Origin: Opitutales bacterium
Lineage (GTDB): Bacteria > Verrucomicrobiota > Verrucomicrobiia > Opitutales > PNEW01
Direction: 5' to 3'
NCBI GenBank assembly: GCA_965197745.1
Contig: CBDANS010000006.1
Coordinates: 1,152,001-1,216,000 of the forward strand
Length of the DNA stretch: 64,000 nucleotides
This document shows, piece by piece, positions 1 through 10,625 of the stretch (its first letter is position 1; every line of letters starts with the position of its first letter). The position numbers and the translations under genes were made by a program. The notes under the pieces are model-generated. The model saw only the letters and a program-made list of their open reading frames with translations. It did no database searches and had not been told where the DNA came from.

Positions 1-1359
1 ATCGCTGTCAGCACTACCTCCGACGTTTGTAACCTGTGCCCAGTAGTTCGTGCTCGCGGTGAGCGCACCCGTAGTTAAGGTATTGCCTGTGGCGCCGGCG
101 ACGGGATTGGCGGTGTCGCCGCTGTTGCCGGTATACCACTGGTAGGTGAGATCATCGCCCGTGGCAGTGACAGACAAAACAACCGCGGTTCCGGACGGCA
201 CATCCTGGCTCGCGGGCTGGGTGGTGATAGCGGGGGGTGGACCCTCGGAACCCGTACCGGGAGCGCCGATGGGGGTAAAGCCAAAATCGTCAAGGCTGAT
301 GTTGTCAAAGCTACCTGCGACGGCCGTTACGGTGCCATTGGCGTAGATGATTTTACCGATACCGCCGGGCGCGCCCAATTCGTTGGCATTGAAATCAAAA
401 AAGGTAAAGGGGATATCAAAACCTATATTAATATTGAGTGGGATATCTTTAGTCGATGTAAGGAGGGTGTCATTGGTGTCAAAAACCTGAATTTCACCGT
501 CTCCCTCGGTAAAAACAGCGGCGTAAAATTGTACCTTAAGCGCTGGTGTTTCAAAAGTGATGGTCCCGGAAAATTCATTGGTAATGATCCAAACCGCAGC
601 TTGGAGAACTTCAGAACCGGCAGCCGTTGCTGGAAGGGTAGGAAAAGAGTGATTAAAAGCCGGAAATGCTCCAAGTCCCTGTACAACACCCCCGGTAAAT
701 GTGGCTGTAAAAGGGGGTTGGCCCAAAGTAAAATTCGCAAGACTGGCAAATACAGGATTACCGGCGACCCCTTCAAAATCTTCGAATACGGTGTTATTCG
801 GAGGTCCATCGACATAGGTGAAACCCAGATCATCGATGGAAAATTGGCCCGTGACATTGACGACTTTTATTTCCTTGATCCCGGCCGTATAATTCAGGTC
901 TGTAGTGTCAGTATTATCACCACTGAAAGAGATAAAACTTTGTAAGGGCGGATTGGCGCCGGGGCTGATATCAACCGGTAAACCATCAACGACTCCCTGT
1001 TCACTTAAGGTAAAGAAGTTCTTATCACGCAACTCGATCCTGCCGGATCCATTGGTCTCGGCCGCATAAAATTGAGTAAGGTTTGCTCCTCTTTCAAATA
1101 GGATTTTCCCTTCCTGGGCACCGGGGACGAGGACCAGAGCCTTCGTCCCAGAATGGGCAAGGCCCGGGTTCTCTACTGTTTCCAGTGTGAAGTTTATTAC
1201 TCGTATAGTGAACGGTGATTGGCCGATCGTAAAATCAGATCCTTCAGCGGTTACATTTTCAAAGTCTAAAAAGGTATCGAGGTCCTGGGGGAGGGCATAG
1301 AGAAGCACGGGTAATCCAATAATAATAGACAAGCCTGTAAGTGATTTTAATATATTCAT
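1..1359 (-). CDS. Secreted Ig-like domain protein, paralogue of 22998..25220; runs off the left edge (3' end missing)
   Basis: Manual translation from ATG at 1359: MNILKSLTGLSIIIGLPVLLYALPQDLDTFLDFE...HSGTKAL...PPAITTQPASQDVPSGTAVVLSVTA...GSADSD. Colinear with the 740-aa protein; absent from the ORF track because it is incomplete. Confidence 0.85.
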   Translation of the reverse strand, partial: MNILKSLTGLSIIIGLPVLLYALPQDLDTFLDFENVTAEGSDFTIGQSPFTIRVINFTLETVENPGLAHSGTKALVLVPGAQEGKILFERGANLTQFYAAETNGSGRIELRDKNFFTLSEQGVVDGLPVDISPGANPPLQSFISFSGDNTDTTDLNYTAGIKEIKVVNVTGQFSIDDLGFTYVDGPPNNTVFEDFEGVAGNPVFASLANFTLGQPPFTATFTGGVVQGLGAFPAFNHSFPTLPATAAGSEVLQAAVWIITNEFSGTITFETPALKVQFYAAVFTEGDGEIQVFDTNDTLLTSTKDIPLNINIGFDIPFTFFDFNANELGAPGGIGKIIYANGTVTAVAGSFDNISLDDFGFTPIGAPGTGSEGPPPAITTQPASQDVPSGTAVVLSVTATGDDLTYQWYTGNSGDTANPVAGATGNTLTTGALTASTNYWAQVTNVGGSADSD

Positions 1360-1627
1360 AAGGATCCCCTCGCTGTTAGTTGTTATCTGCTTATATTTTA
1401 TTGAGAACTGCTGAGCACAGGATAGCAATGAGAGAATTTATTTCAACATTGAGTCCTATCACGGCATTTTCCTGTCGGGTTGGTTAGGGCTAATATAATA
1501 GAAAATTCGGTAACAGGCCAGCGCTGCTGTAATAATTTTAGTCGCCGTACCACCCGTCACCCTCAATGACCTGTTTGGAGCGATACCAGATAGGGAGCAA
1601 GTTTATTGTGGAGAGAGCGTCCCTGGC

Positions 1628-2485
1628 TTACCCGGAACCATTCGACTGCGTATCAAAATGAGTCGAACTCTCCCAGGCGACCATCGCCCGCTTGCGAATC
1701 TGGCCCCAGCGATAGTCGCCGACAATCCCTGTCTCGCGGATCACCCGATGGCAGGGGATCAGAAATGCAAGTGCGTTCCTGCCAACAGCAGATCCGACCG
1801 CGCGTGCCGCGGTGGGCTGACCTATAACATTAGCAAGCTGTCCATAACTGACCAGGGTACCGTGCTTCACCTGTAGCAATGCGCGCCACACGCGCACTTG
1901 AAAGGCAGTTCCTCGAACATAGACTTTCAGGGGAGGATCTGACGACGCGCGGGAAGGGCGTTCGAATATCCTGTTGGCAATCTGCCCGGCCATCATGTCA
2001 TCCCGCTGCATCACTGCTTCGGGCCAGCTCCTCCGAAGTTCAGCTAACGCTGTATCATCACGGCCCGGCTCGACGAAAGAAAGATGGCTGATACCGCGTG
2101 GCCCTTCGGCTAAAAGACAGCGTCCGAATGGGCTTTCTGAAAACCCGACAGAGAGTGTCCATCCTTTCCCCCCCGCTTTAAGCTCTCCAGGAGAGGCGGA
2201 TTCGAGGTTGACACAGAGATCATGCAATCGACCTGGTCCGGAAAGTCCCGCAGCCAGAGCCGTATCGAGAACGCTTTCGCCTTCTTTCAGCAATTTCCTG
2301 GCATGGGTTAGGGTAAGACACTGAAGAAAATTCTTGGGTGTAATGGCGGCCCACTTAGTGAACAGGCGGTGAAAATGAAAAGGGCTTAAACCGATTTTTC
2401 CCGCGAGGATCGCAATATCGGGCTGCTGGATGTGATGGTCGTCCAAATAGCTAATGGTGCGTGCGATCCGCTCGTAATCATTCAT
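1628..2485 (-). CDS. ada: AraC-HTH / methylated-DNA--protein-cysteine methyltransferase (Ada-like)
   Basis: N-terminal AraC HTH (LSPFHFHRLF), GTAFQVRVW and active-site IPCHRV motif. Confidence 0.93.
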   Translation of the reverse strand: MNDYERIARTISYLDDHHIQQPDIAILAGKIGLSPFHFHRLFTKWAAITPKNFLQCLTLTHARKLLKEGESVLDTALAAGLSGPGRLHDLCVNLESASPGELKAGGKGWTLSVGFSESPFGRCLLAEGPRGISHLSFVEPGRDDTALAELRRSWPEAVMQRDDMMAGQIANRIFERPSRASSDPPLKVYVRGTAFQVRVWRALLQVKHGTLVSYGQLANVIGQPTAARAVGSAVGRNALAFLIPCHRVIRETGIVGDYRWGQIRKRAMVAWESSTHFDTQSNGSG

Positions 2486-2724
2486 CGTTTGATTATATCA
2501 AAAATTAATCGCTAACCCCACCCGTTTCTTGCGACAATTTTTAGAACCCAAGTCTATAGGGTCAGGTTCTGCATTGAGGCATATAATAAAAATGTCAAAT
2601 TCGGGCTAGAAGCACACCGACTATCTAAGTGCTTGAGTTCTCAACCTCGTTCTACCACTATCGATTCCGTGACGACGCTATTCCAGGACAGTCTTGCGAT
2701 GACCGCCCCTGCAGCCCGATAACG

Positions 2725-3347
2725 ATGGCAGCAAAGCATAACAAGGCTCCCATTATTGTGCGATTTGCGGTGCTCCTCTTTACCGGCGTTCTTGGTATTC
2801 TCTGTTTCTGGTTTCTTGGTTTTCTGATTCGCGATGTCGGTTCGCTTCGCGGTCCTGAATACAAAACCATCGAAAAGGACTATGTATCACAGGATCTTTT
2901 AGTCCTTCAGGAAAACCTCTCAAAAAAGGCCATCAACCTTCAACGGCAGATAAAGCTAACGCGGGAGAAAAACAATCTCATCCGTTCAACAAGCAGAACC
3001 TATCAATCGACTCTCGATCAAGTTCTCACGACGCTTCGCCGATTACCCGAGTTTAAACTGTCCCACCTCGACTCCATTGCGCAAAATCTTCAGTCCTTCG
3101 AGGAAAACCAGCAACAACTGCAGTCGCAGTACCGGGATCTCGATAAACTCATCGAAGAAAAGGCTGTGGTGGAGCAGGAGATTGCCAATGTCAAACAGCG
3201 GCTGGATGAGCAGAGACGCGCCGCGCGGGAAGCTCATCGTCGTGAGATGAGCCAGCATCGTATGCTCCTCGGGCTTCTTCAGATTGCTATACTCCTGCCC
3301 ATTCTAGGGCTCTCCGGCTATCTCCTTGCTCGAAAACGGGAAGGACT
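2725..3347 (+). pseudogene. 5' half of a membrane / coiled-coil / double zinc-ribbon protein, truncated by IS3-A
   Basis: ATG 2725 (MAAKHNKAP), TM helix, long coiled coil, second TM helix, then the frame runs into the IS terminal repeat at 3348. Confidence 0.75.
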
Positions 3348-4665
3348 TGGTCGTGACCACGAAAACTGGTACACTTGAAAAGTTAGTCTGGGTAACCTAG
3401 AAAGGACTCAGACAATGAAAGGCAAAAGATACACAACTGAAGAGAAAATACGGATGCTGCGGCAGGCGGACAAAGGGAAAACGATCCTGGAAGCATGCCG
3501 CGAGAACAACATTAGCGAACAGACCTTCCACCGCTGGAAGCGTGAGTTTGGGATGATTGATGTCGACCAGGCCAAGCGGATGAAGGAACTCTTTGAAGGA
3601 GAACGCGCGGTTAAAACGGATGCTGGCGGACAAGATGCTGGGGATAGAGATCCTGCAGGAGACCCTCGAAAAAAAACTGTAAGCCCTGGGCACAAGCGGC
3701 AAGTGGCAGAGAGACTTGTGGCTCGGGGCCAGTGTTCGATGCGAGCGGGGTGCCGGTACTTTCGGCTGCACCGTTCCACCTATGCGTATAAGGCGAAGCA
3801 TCCGGATGCTTGGTTAATGAAACTGAAGGCGGCAGTAAGGCGGTTATCACGGCAATATGCCAGGTGGGGCTATCCGAAGATCACGAAGCTGTTGAAAGAC
3901 GAAGGCTGGGAGGTGGGTAAACGTCTCGTGCAAGGTCTACGACGCGAACTGGGCTTGGCGATCCCCCAACGCAAGCCAAGACGTCGGGGCAGGGGTGTTT
4001 CCACCGGGCTGCCGACCAAGGCCGAACATCCCGGCCATGTTTGGACCTGGGATTTTATCCACGATAAGACGGTCCGCGGTGGCAGTTTAAAAATGTTGAC
4101 CGTGCTCGATGAGTACACCCGCGAGTGTCGAGTGATCCATGTTGATCGCCATATCAATGCGGAAACGGTGCGCGGTATCATGCAAAAACTGCTTGCCCGT
4201 CATGGGCCGCCACAATATATTCGCAGTGACAACGGTTCCGTTCCGAGGAGCGAAGCGACGACATGCGAAGCCATTCATTGAAAAGGAATTGAGAGCCTGG
4301 CTAACTGCGATGAAAATCAAAACCCTCTATATCGAACCAGGAAGCCCTTGGCAGAACGGATACATCGAATCGTTGCATGCCCGTTTTCGCGAGGAGTGTT
4401 TAAACCGTGAACAGCTATGGACTTTGACCGAAGCCCGCGTGGTGATCGAGGACTGGCGCTGGCTTTACAATAATGTCCGACCCCACCGCAGCCTCGGCAA
4501 TATCACCCCACGGTGCTTCGCTGAAGACATTAATACCGAAGGCTTGGGCTCCATTCGGGCTACGCCCTCATTGCGCCCAAGCCTTGACTTCCTCTATCAA
4601 CTTAACTTCAACATTAACCTCTCCAGACTAACTCTCTCGGTGGACCAGTTTACGTAACCCGATCA
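3348..4665 (+). mobile_element. IS3-family element 'IS-A', copy 1 (1318 bp); transposase broken by a +1 T and a 31-nt insertion
   Basis: TG...CA ends with imperfect IRs (TGGTCGTGACCACGAAAACTGGTACAC / TGATCGGGTTACGTAAACTGGTCCAC), OrfA HTH at 3415, A8 slippage site near 3669, rve motifs WTWDF, SDNG, PWQNGYIES; no flanking direct repeat. Confidence 0.95.
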
Positions 4666-5021
4666 ATATATAGCGGGGTTGGGGGAAGATAAAAATGGAT
4701 CCCAAGTATAGTTTTCTCTATCATAAATAATTTCCTTTCTTAATTTGTTCCACTAATGCAGGGGATAGCTAACCTTTTTTATTCATTTTGTTCTTATTAA
4801 ATTACTATCTATAGCTAATACATTCCGTAAAATATAAAGTTGGTATCTGCTAATTATCATTCATTTTCCCGTATTTGTATGCATTTAAAAATTTCATAAG
4901 GGGTTTAAAGATAAAGATTAGAGGAAACCATTTGAAAGTGGATGAATGCAGATGTACGGTTTGAACAGATTCGAATACTGAAATGTTATCCATTGATAAT
5001 CAATTGTTTATGTAAGGTAGG

Positions 5022-5272
5022 TGGTCGGGTTACGCAAACAAGTTTACTGTGAGAGTTAGTCTGGAGAGGTTAATGTTGAAGTTAAGTTGATAGAGGAAGT
5101 CAGGGCTTGGGCGCAATGAGGGCGTAGCCCGAATGGAGCCTGATCCATCGATATTGATGTTTACAGTGAAACGCTGTGCGGTGATATTGCCGAGGTTGCG
5201 GTGGGAGTCAGACATTATTGTAAAACAAGCGAAAATCCTCGAATATCACGCGTGCTTCAGTTATAGTGTACA
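5022..5272 (-). mobile_element. Right-end fragment of an IS-A relative, inverted relative to copy 1
   Basis: TGGTCGGGTTACGCAAAC IRR and degenerate 3' orfB (GSIRATPSLRPS). Confidence 0.85.
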
Positions 5273-5285
5273 ATTCTGAAAATAA

Positions 5286-6188
5286 ATGATGGACCAAGAG
5301 TATCTTGTTAAAGGGCTTCTTGCATTGAGTCGGTCAATGGGAAAAGATATTTGGGCTGGCCATTGGGGTGCGTCAGTCATTGCCGCTTATTATTTCTTAC
5401 GTCACGACGAACTTACAGAAAGCACGCAGGATTTAATAAAGAATCAGACGGATTCATTTATCGAAGTGCATAAAGAATTTTTTAAGGAAACTACAACTGA
5501 GGAAGAGAATTTAGATTTTGAAATAAAAATCATTTCCGCTTTAGAAGAGAATATCGAAAAACTTTGTGAAATTGGGCACAATGTAATTTACGCCTCGATG
5601 GCGCTCAAAGCGTCCAGGGACGTTCCTGAGATGAGAACAGCTAAAGTTTGTGAAGGCATGTGTCATTTGATCTCAGCCTTTAACGATTGCACGCCTGGAT
5701 ATATCTGGGTCGATGGTAAGACAGAGGTAATTGAACCCGATAACACCGATACCATTGTTCCCAGGATTAATGACGCTGGTACGGCCAAAAAATATGTGTT
5801 GGATTCCTTTCTTAATGCTGAGAGAAGTTATCGTGAAGAGAGTGGGGACATGCAACTTGGTCATCTTCTTACTCATGGTCAGAGTATTGTGGAACTGTTC
5901 GAATTAGGATACTCCGAATTAGCCCAGGTAGCGTTTAAACCCTTTGCACAAAGAATTAAATTGATTAAGGGTTTAAGAAAAAGAAATCCATGTATCGATC
6001 CTTCAGAAGGTGTTGGAAATTTTATCTCTCCACTTAAAGAAGAATACTGGATGAATGATTATACAGATAGTGATTGGAATCACGGTCACATATTTAAATA
6101 TCCATATAGTTTTTATCAGTTACTAAAGGATGCTGAATATACTAAAATTGATGCTTTAGAACAAAAATTCGCATTTCTACAAATATAA
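5286..6188 (+). CDS. Hypothetical protein with repeated GH motifs (possible metal-binding helical protein)
   Basis: 300-aa ORF with GHWG, GHN, GHLLTH and HGH motifs; no family recognised. Confidence 0.7.
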   Translation: MMDQEYLVKGLLALSRSMGKDIWAGHWGASVIAAYYFLRHDELTESTQDLIKNQTDSFIEVHKEFFKETTTEEENLDFEIKIISALEENIEKLCEIGHNVIYASMALKASRDVPEMRTAKVCEGMCHLISAFNDCTPGYIWVDGKTEVIEPDNTDTIVPRINDAGTAKKYVLDSFLNAERSYREESGDMQLGHLLTHGQSIVELFELGYSELAQVAFKPFAQRIKLIKGLRKRNPCIDPSEGVGNFISPLKEEYWMNDYTDSDWNHGHIFKYPYSFYQLLKDAEYTKIDALEQKFAFLQI

Positions 6189-6237
6189 ATTTCAAGATAA
6201 CTGTAATATCCGTCACTTAATCGTTCAGTGGTACTCT

Positions 6238-7488
6238 ATGAAAATCGCCTTTCGCTCGTTATTTGCTTTCTTCCTGATTTCCTTTGGAATTTGTCCAGCT
6301 GTATATAGTCAAAAGGTATCGGTGGCGAAACCGGAAAAGGTCGGACTTTCATCGGCTCGACTGGAGCGCATCAATACTTTGATGCAAAACTACGTGGACG
6401 AGGAGAAATTGGCCGGGGTAGTTACGATGGTCGCACGTCAAGGGAAAGTGGCGCACTTCGAACGCTTCGGTGTGATGGACATCGAGTCGAAGAAACCGAT
6501 GCAACTCGACACTATCTTTCGGATTTATTCCATGAGCAAACCAATCACCAGTGTGTCGGTGATGATGCTTTACGAAGAGGGACGCTTCCAACTGAACGAT
6601 CCGGTTTCAAAGTATATTCCTGAATTCAAGGAGATAAAAGTTTTCGTCAAGAAAACGGCGGACGGTCTTGAACTCGCTGATTTGGAAAGAGAGATAACGA
6701 TACGTGATCTTCTCTCTCATACTGCAGGTCTAGGTTATGGTTGGAATGATGACCCTCCTTTTGATGAAATATACAGAGAAGCGGACCTCTTTAATCGAGA
6801 GGGAACGATAAAGGATTTGGTCGAAAAGTTGACCAAATTACCGCTCTTGTACCAGCCGGGGACAAAGTGGCATTACAGTGTATCCGTAGATGTCCTCGGC
6901 TATTTGGTTGAAGTTATTTCCGGTAAACCTTTCGATGAGTTTTTGGAAGAACGGATTTTTTATCCCCTGGGAATGAAAGATACAGCATTTCATGTTCCGG
7001 AAGAGAATTGGGACCGTTTCCCGACAAGCTATGAGCCCGACGAAAACGGGGGGATTAAAGTTTATGACACGTCATCTACCAGCCGTTATATTAAACCAAC
7101 AAGTCTCTTCAGCGGCGGTGGCGGTCTAGTTTCCACTGCGGAGGATTTTATGCGCTTCTGCCAAATGCTGCTAAAAGGCGGTGAATTAGAGGGAACACGT
7201 CTCTTAGGCCGCAAGACCGTCGAGTTAATGACCATGAATCACGCGCCGGAAGAGATTGGCTCAGGTGTAGGTTTTGGTTTGGGATTTTCTGTAGTTTTGG
7301 ATGTGGCAAAGACTGAAGAGCTGGGATCGATCGGTAAGTTCGGGTGGAGCGGCGCTGCGTATACTCATTTTTTTATAGATCCAAAAGAAGAGTTAATCGG
7401 GATTTTTATGACCCAGCTTATGAATCATAAAGACTATACTACCCGTGAAGAATTTAGAGTAAGCGTTTATCAGTCAATTGTTGACTGA
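6238..7488 (+). CDS. Serine hydrolase, beta-lactamase/CubicO-like family, with signal peptide
   Basis: SxxK motif (YSMSK), LLSHTAG, WHYS, GWSG. Confidence 0.92.
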   Translation: MKIAFRSLFAFFLISFGICPAVYSQKVSVAKPEKVGLSSARLERINTLMQNYVDEEKLAGVVTMVARQGKVAHFERFGVMDIESKKPMQLDTIFRIYSMSKPITSVSVMMLYEEGRFQLNDPVSKYIPEFKEIKVFVKKTADGLELADLEREITIRDLLSHTAGLGYGWNDDPPFDEIYREADLFNREGTIKDLVEKLTKLPLLYQPGTKWHYSVSVDVLGYLVEVISGKPFDEFLEERIFYPLGMKDTAFHVPEENWDRFPTSYEPDENGGIKVYDTSSTSRYIKPTSLFSGGGGLVSTAEDFMRFCQMLLKGGELEGTRLLGRKTVELMTMNHAPEEIGSGVGFGLGFSVVLDVAKTEELGSIGKFGWSGAAYTHFFIDPKEELIGIFMTQLMNHKDYTTREEFRVSVYQSIVD

Positions 7489-7519
7489 CGCTCAACCTAA
7501 TCTTTTTTATTAATCAAAA

Positions 7520-7617
7520 GGGGAGGAACGCGCTTCGTCGCGTTCGTTTAAAATTGAGAATCATTTATTTTTATTAGTTTATATTATGGTTACTGACGCA
7601 ACGAAGCGTATCCCCCC
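7520..7617. repeat. REP-like inverted palindrome pair
   Basis: GGAACGCGCTTCGTCGCGTTC ... GACGCAACGAAGCGTATCCCCC around an AT-rich spacer. Confidence 0.55.
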
Positions 7618-7765
7618 AATCTTCGACTCTCGACCTTTATATTTCCTATGAATATTGAGATCTTCGAAGAACCAGTATCTGCTTTATCTACCTATGGCGA
7701 AGGGTGATGCGCTGGCAGAAACGATAGGATCTAGCCAATTGGGGAATATTCTATGCTTTCGATGC

Positions 7766-7811
7766 TGACCTGCTCTCGTTTACTGTACCGGAACCAGTGT
7801 TAGTTCCGGCA
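7766..7811 (-). mobile_element. Isolated right terminal repeat of IS3 'IS-B'
   Basis: TGACCTGCTCTCGTTTACTGTACCGGAACCAGTGTTAG matches the IS-B end at 44603. Confidence 0.75.
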
Positions 7812-7812
7812 T

Positions 7813-8916
7813 TGACCTGTCCCCATAAAACTGGACTAGCCAAGATTTAATCTGGCATGGGGAAAAAGCTAATAAAGAATAGGAGAAAGAACCACCCATG
7901 AAAAGCAAAGGCAAACGCTATAATAAAGAACAAATCATCTATGCCCTGGGGCAAGTAGAAGGCGGTCGAAAGATCGCCGAAGGGTGCCGAGAGTTAGGGG
8001 TAAGCGAACAGACTTTTACCACCGTTGGAAAGGTAAATACGTGGGCCTGGGAATCAGTGAATTAAGACGGCTGAAGCAACTCGACGAAGAGAACGTCAGT
8101 TTGAAGAAGCTGGTAGCTGATCTGAGCCTGGACAAGCACATGGAGCAGGAAGTAATCGCAAAAAAGTTATAAAGCCAGTGGGCAAGAAGGCGATTTTGAC
8201 TGGTTAGTGGAAGCCTATGCGGTGAGCAAACGCCGGGCGTGCAGGTTGATGCAGATGTCTTGGTCGAGTTATAACTACCAGCCGGTGAAGAAGGACGAAC
8301 GGGCGCTGATCATGCGTATCTGTGACCTCGCCGCAGCGCGCGTGCGCTATGGGTATAGACGAATCACGGTGTTATTAAAGCGGGAAGGCTGGTCGGTGGG
8401 AAAGAAACGCGTCTATCGCATCTACAAGGGCGAAGGACTGGAAGTGCGCACGAAGAAACGCAAGAAGCGTGCCGCGCAAAGGCGGGTCTCACTGCCCGCG
8501 GCTTCAGCTGCCCAGGAGCGCTGGTCGATAGACTTTATGAGCGATCGACTGGCCAACGGCCGCCCCTTCCGTATTCTCACCTTGGTCGATCAGTATACCC
8601 GAGCTTGCCCACTGCTTCTGGCCGATACGTCCATCGGTGAGCGCAAAGTCGCTGCAGGAATCGGTCTTCCCGAAACCATTACCGTCGATAATGGTCCCGA
8701 GTTTGCCGGCAAAGTACTGGATGAATGGGCTTATGGCCATGGCATCAAGCTGGATTTTATCCGGCCAGGTCAACCCGTAGAGAATGGTTATATTGAGAGC
8801 TTCAATAGACGCTTACGTGATGAACTTCTTAACACGGAGCTATTTTGTACGCTGGCTGAAGCGAAAGAAAAACTTGAAGCCTGGCGGCTTGATTATAATA
8901 CTCAAAGACCACACAG
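7813..8916 (+). mobile_element. IS3-family element 'IS-B', copy 1; orfA frameshifted and right end truncated
   Basis: IRL TGACCTGTCCCC, orfA from ATG 7898 to 8172 with a frameshift near 8012, orfB 8207.. with WSIDF, VDNGPEF and ENGYIESFN; homology to copy 2 stops at CACACAG. Confidence 0.9.
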
Positions 8917-9080
8917 GCCTTTAATAGGAAGTTGAGCTCTCCTCCTTTGGACCCCTTATAAATCAACACTTTATGTTAATTTATAAACACTTATGAATCA
9001 ACTTATCGTTTATATCCAGAGAAACTAAATAAAAGTATATAGCGTTAAATAGCAAAAAGTGGGGAGCATTGGGGGAGCGG
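8917..9080 (-). other. Putative att-like end of an integrative element
   Basis: Exact IHF consensus AATCAACACTTTA at 8961 and GGGGAGC direct repeats at 9061 and 9072, about 140 bp from the junction that truncates IS-B. Confidence 0.45.
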
Positions 9081-9227
9081 AAGATGCTAGATCTCATTGT
9101 ATATTTTTAATTGTAATAACCGACGACAATTTCTAGATTCAATTAACAGTTCGATTCATTGGTGACCGAATTCAGAAATTTGCATGTATAACTCCGAAGC
9201 TTAATTCTAAAAAGACGGCATTCTTAC

Positions 9228-9420
9228 TTATAATAGTGAGGGCGATTGCGCTCCCCCCCTGTAGTCCATCTGGCCATAATTATTTCGCAAGCGATGGTAG
9301 CTTTGTGGACTGATGTTGTGTTCACGACAGACTTCCTGAATGCCTCTGCCGCTGTCTATTTCGCACGGGATTGCTATTTTCTGCTTGGTGCTGTGTCTTT
9401 TTCCGTTCTTATTTACAGAA
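9228..9420 (-). pseudogene. IS3 orfA remnant
   Basis: KRHSTKQKIAI...IQEVCREHNISPQSYHR HTH. Confidence 0.75.
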
Positions 9421-9459
9421 AGACTCTCACTGGCAATGATCCAATCCTTGGCGACCACG

Positions 9460-9814
9460 CCATGTAGTGGGTGATGATGATGATGTCCGGCTGGATATCC
9501 TATATCGTCTCTCCCAGCTCCAGCAGATTTTACCGCGTTGCTATGAGAGGCGTGTCGCCGAAGTCAAGAAAGCGATAGTCCTTTACTCCGAGAGCCGTAG
9601 CCGCCTTTACCCCATTTTCATGGAGAGTCCCCTGAACTCCTCCTCCGATTTCCCGAGATTGTGTTCAGAGTGTAATTCGATCCCATATGTCAGGGTCATT
9701 AGGGTCACCTCTTCTCCATGATTGACGTGATGGATAATCGTGCCTGCCGAAGCGGAGAACGGATTCGAGGGAGGCGCTTATTACCAGTATTTTCATTTTT
9801 TCATCGTTAGCCAT
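9460..9814 (-). pseudogene. PIG-L family deacetylase pseudogene
   Basis: Manual translation MANDEKMKILVISA..AGTIIHHVNHGEEVTLMTLTYG..AATALGVKDYRFLDFGD..IQPDIIIITH, with a frameshift and stops. Confidence 0.65.
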
Positions 9815-9925
9815 GCTTTCCTCCTATTGCCGCAGCCTAGGAGGATTAGTAACGGTTTTGTCAATTCGCATCGATAATTTTAAAAAATTTAAAGTGTATA
9901 GTAATATATTTGATCATGCATCAGA

Positions 9926-10064
9926 GCGGCCACTACGGAGCGTGGCTCTCCATTTCTCTTATCATGGTATGGTTTTAATTTTTTAACCTGCCCGTGCTCC
10001 TATATAATCCTATACAGATGTAACATACTATTTTTTCTAGAGGGCCACGCTCCGTCGTGGCCGC
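9926..10064. repeat. REP-like inverted pair
   Basis: GCGGCCACTACGGAGCGTGGCTCTCCA and its near reverse complement TAGAGGGCCACGCTCCGTCGTGGCCGC. Confidence 0.7.
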
Positions 10065-10126
10065 TAATGGCTTTTTATATCAACTTGCTAATTATAAAAG
10101 CACGAAAGCGCAGACAAAAAAAACTG

Positions 10127-10495
10127 CTATTCTTTTCCGCAGGTTTTTAAGCGACAGACATAAGAGAAGCCCCAGGCAAATAAGAACAATCCTAATAATT
10201 TCAGATACAGATTATCGACCGCAAAGAAAATGGAATACCCTCCGAACAGGATTATCGATGAAATAGCTACTATCTTTGTCGAGTATGAAATGCACCGGTT
10301 CTCTCGCCAATTTTTGATAATAGGGCCAAATGTTTTGCTAGAGAGCAGCCACTGATGCCATTTCTCGGATGATTTGGCAAAGCAACCTGCCGCTAACAAA
10401 ACAAATGGTGTTGTCGGCAACAATGGCACAAACACACCTAGCGCGGCAATACCGACAAATATAAAACCTAATGATCTGAATAATATCATGCTCAA
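10127..10495 (-). CDS. ybaN: YbaN / DUF454 inner membrane protein
   Basis: PLLPTTPFVLLAAGCFAKSS...FGPIIKNW signature. Confidence 0.9.
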   Translation of the reverse strand: MSMILFRSLGFIFVGIAALGVFVPLLPTTPFVLLAAGCFAKSSEKWHQWLLSSKTFGPIIKNWRENRCISYSTKIVAISSIILFGGYSIFFAVDNLYLKLLGLFLFAWGFSYVCRLKTCGKE

Positions 10496-10625
10496 TTAAT
10501 TAAGTTCATTATAATCTAATTACCAAATCGTGCAATATTCTGAAGAATAGCAGTCAGGTTCCAAAGGTTATATTCTGGCAGATGACTTTCCTGGCATTGG
10601 TGAAAAATTTTAAATTACGTTCGTG

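Noticed and set aside
75..945. ORF-track ORFs 75..308, 146..346, 423..857 and 529..945
   Set aside because: They are shadows of the real minus-strand gene <1..1359.
3397..4320. Antisense ORFs repeated in every IS-A copy
   Set aside because: They recur only because the IS is repeated and show no recognisable motifs.
4821..4834. CATTCCGTAAAATA matches the outer edge of the vsr element at 19116-19129
   Set aside because: The rest of the TIR is absent and the match is short and AT-rich.
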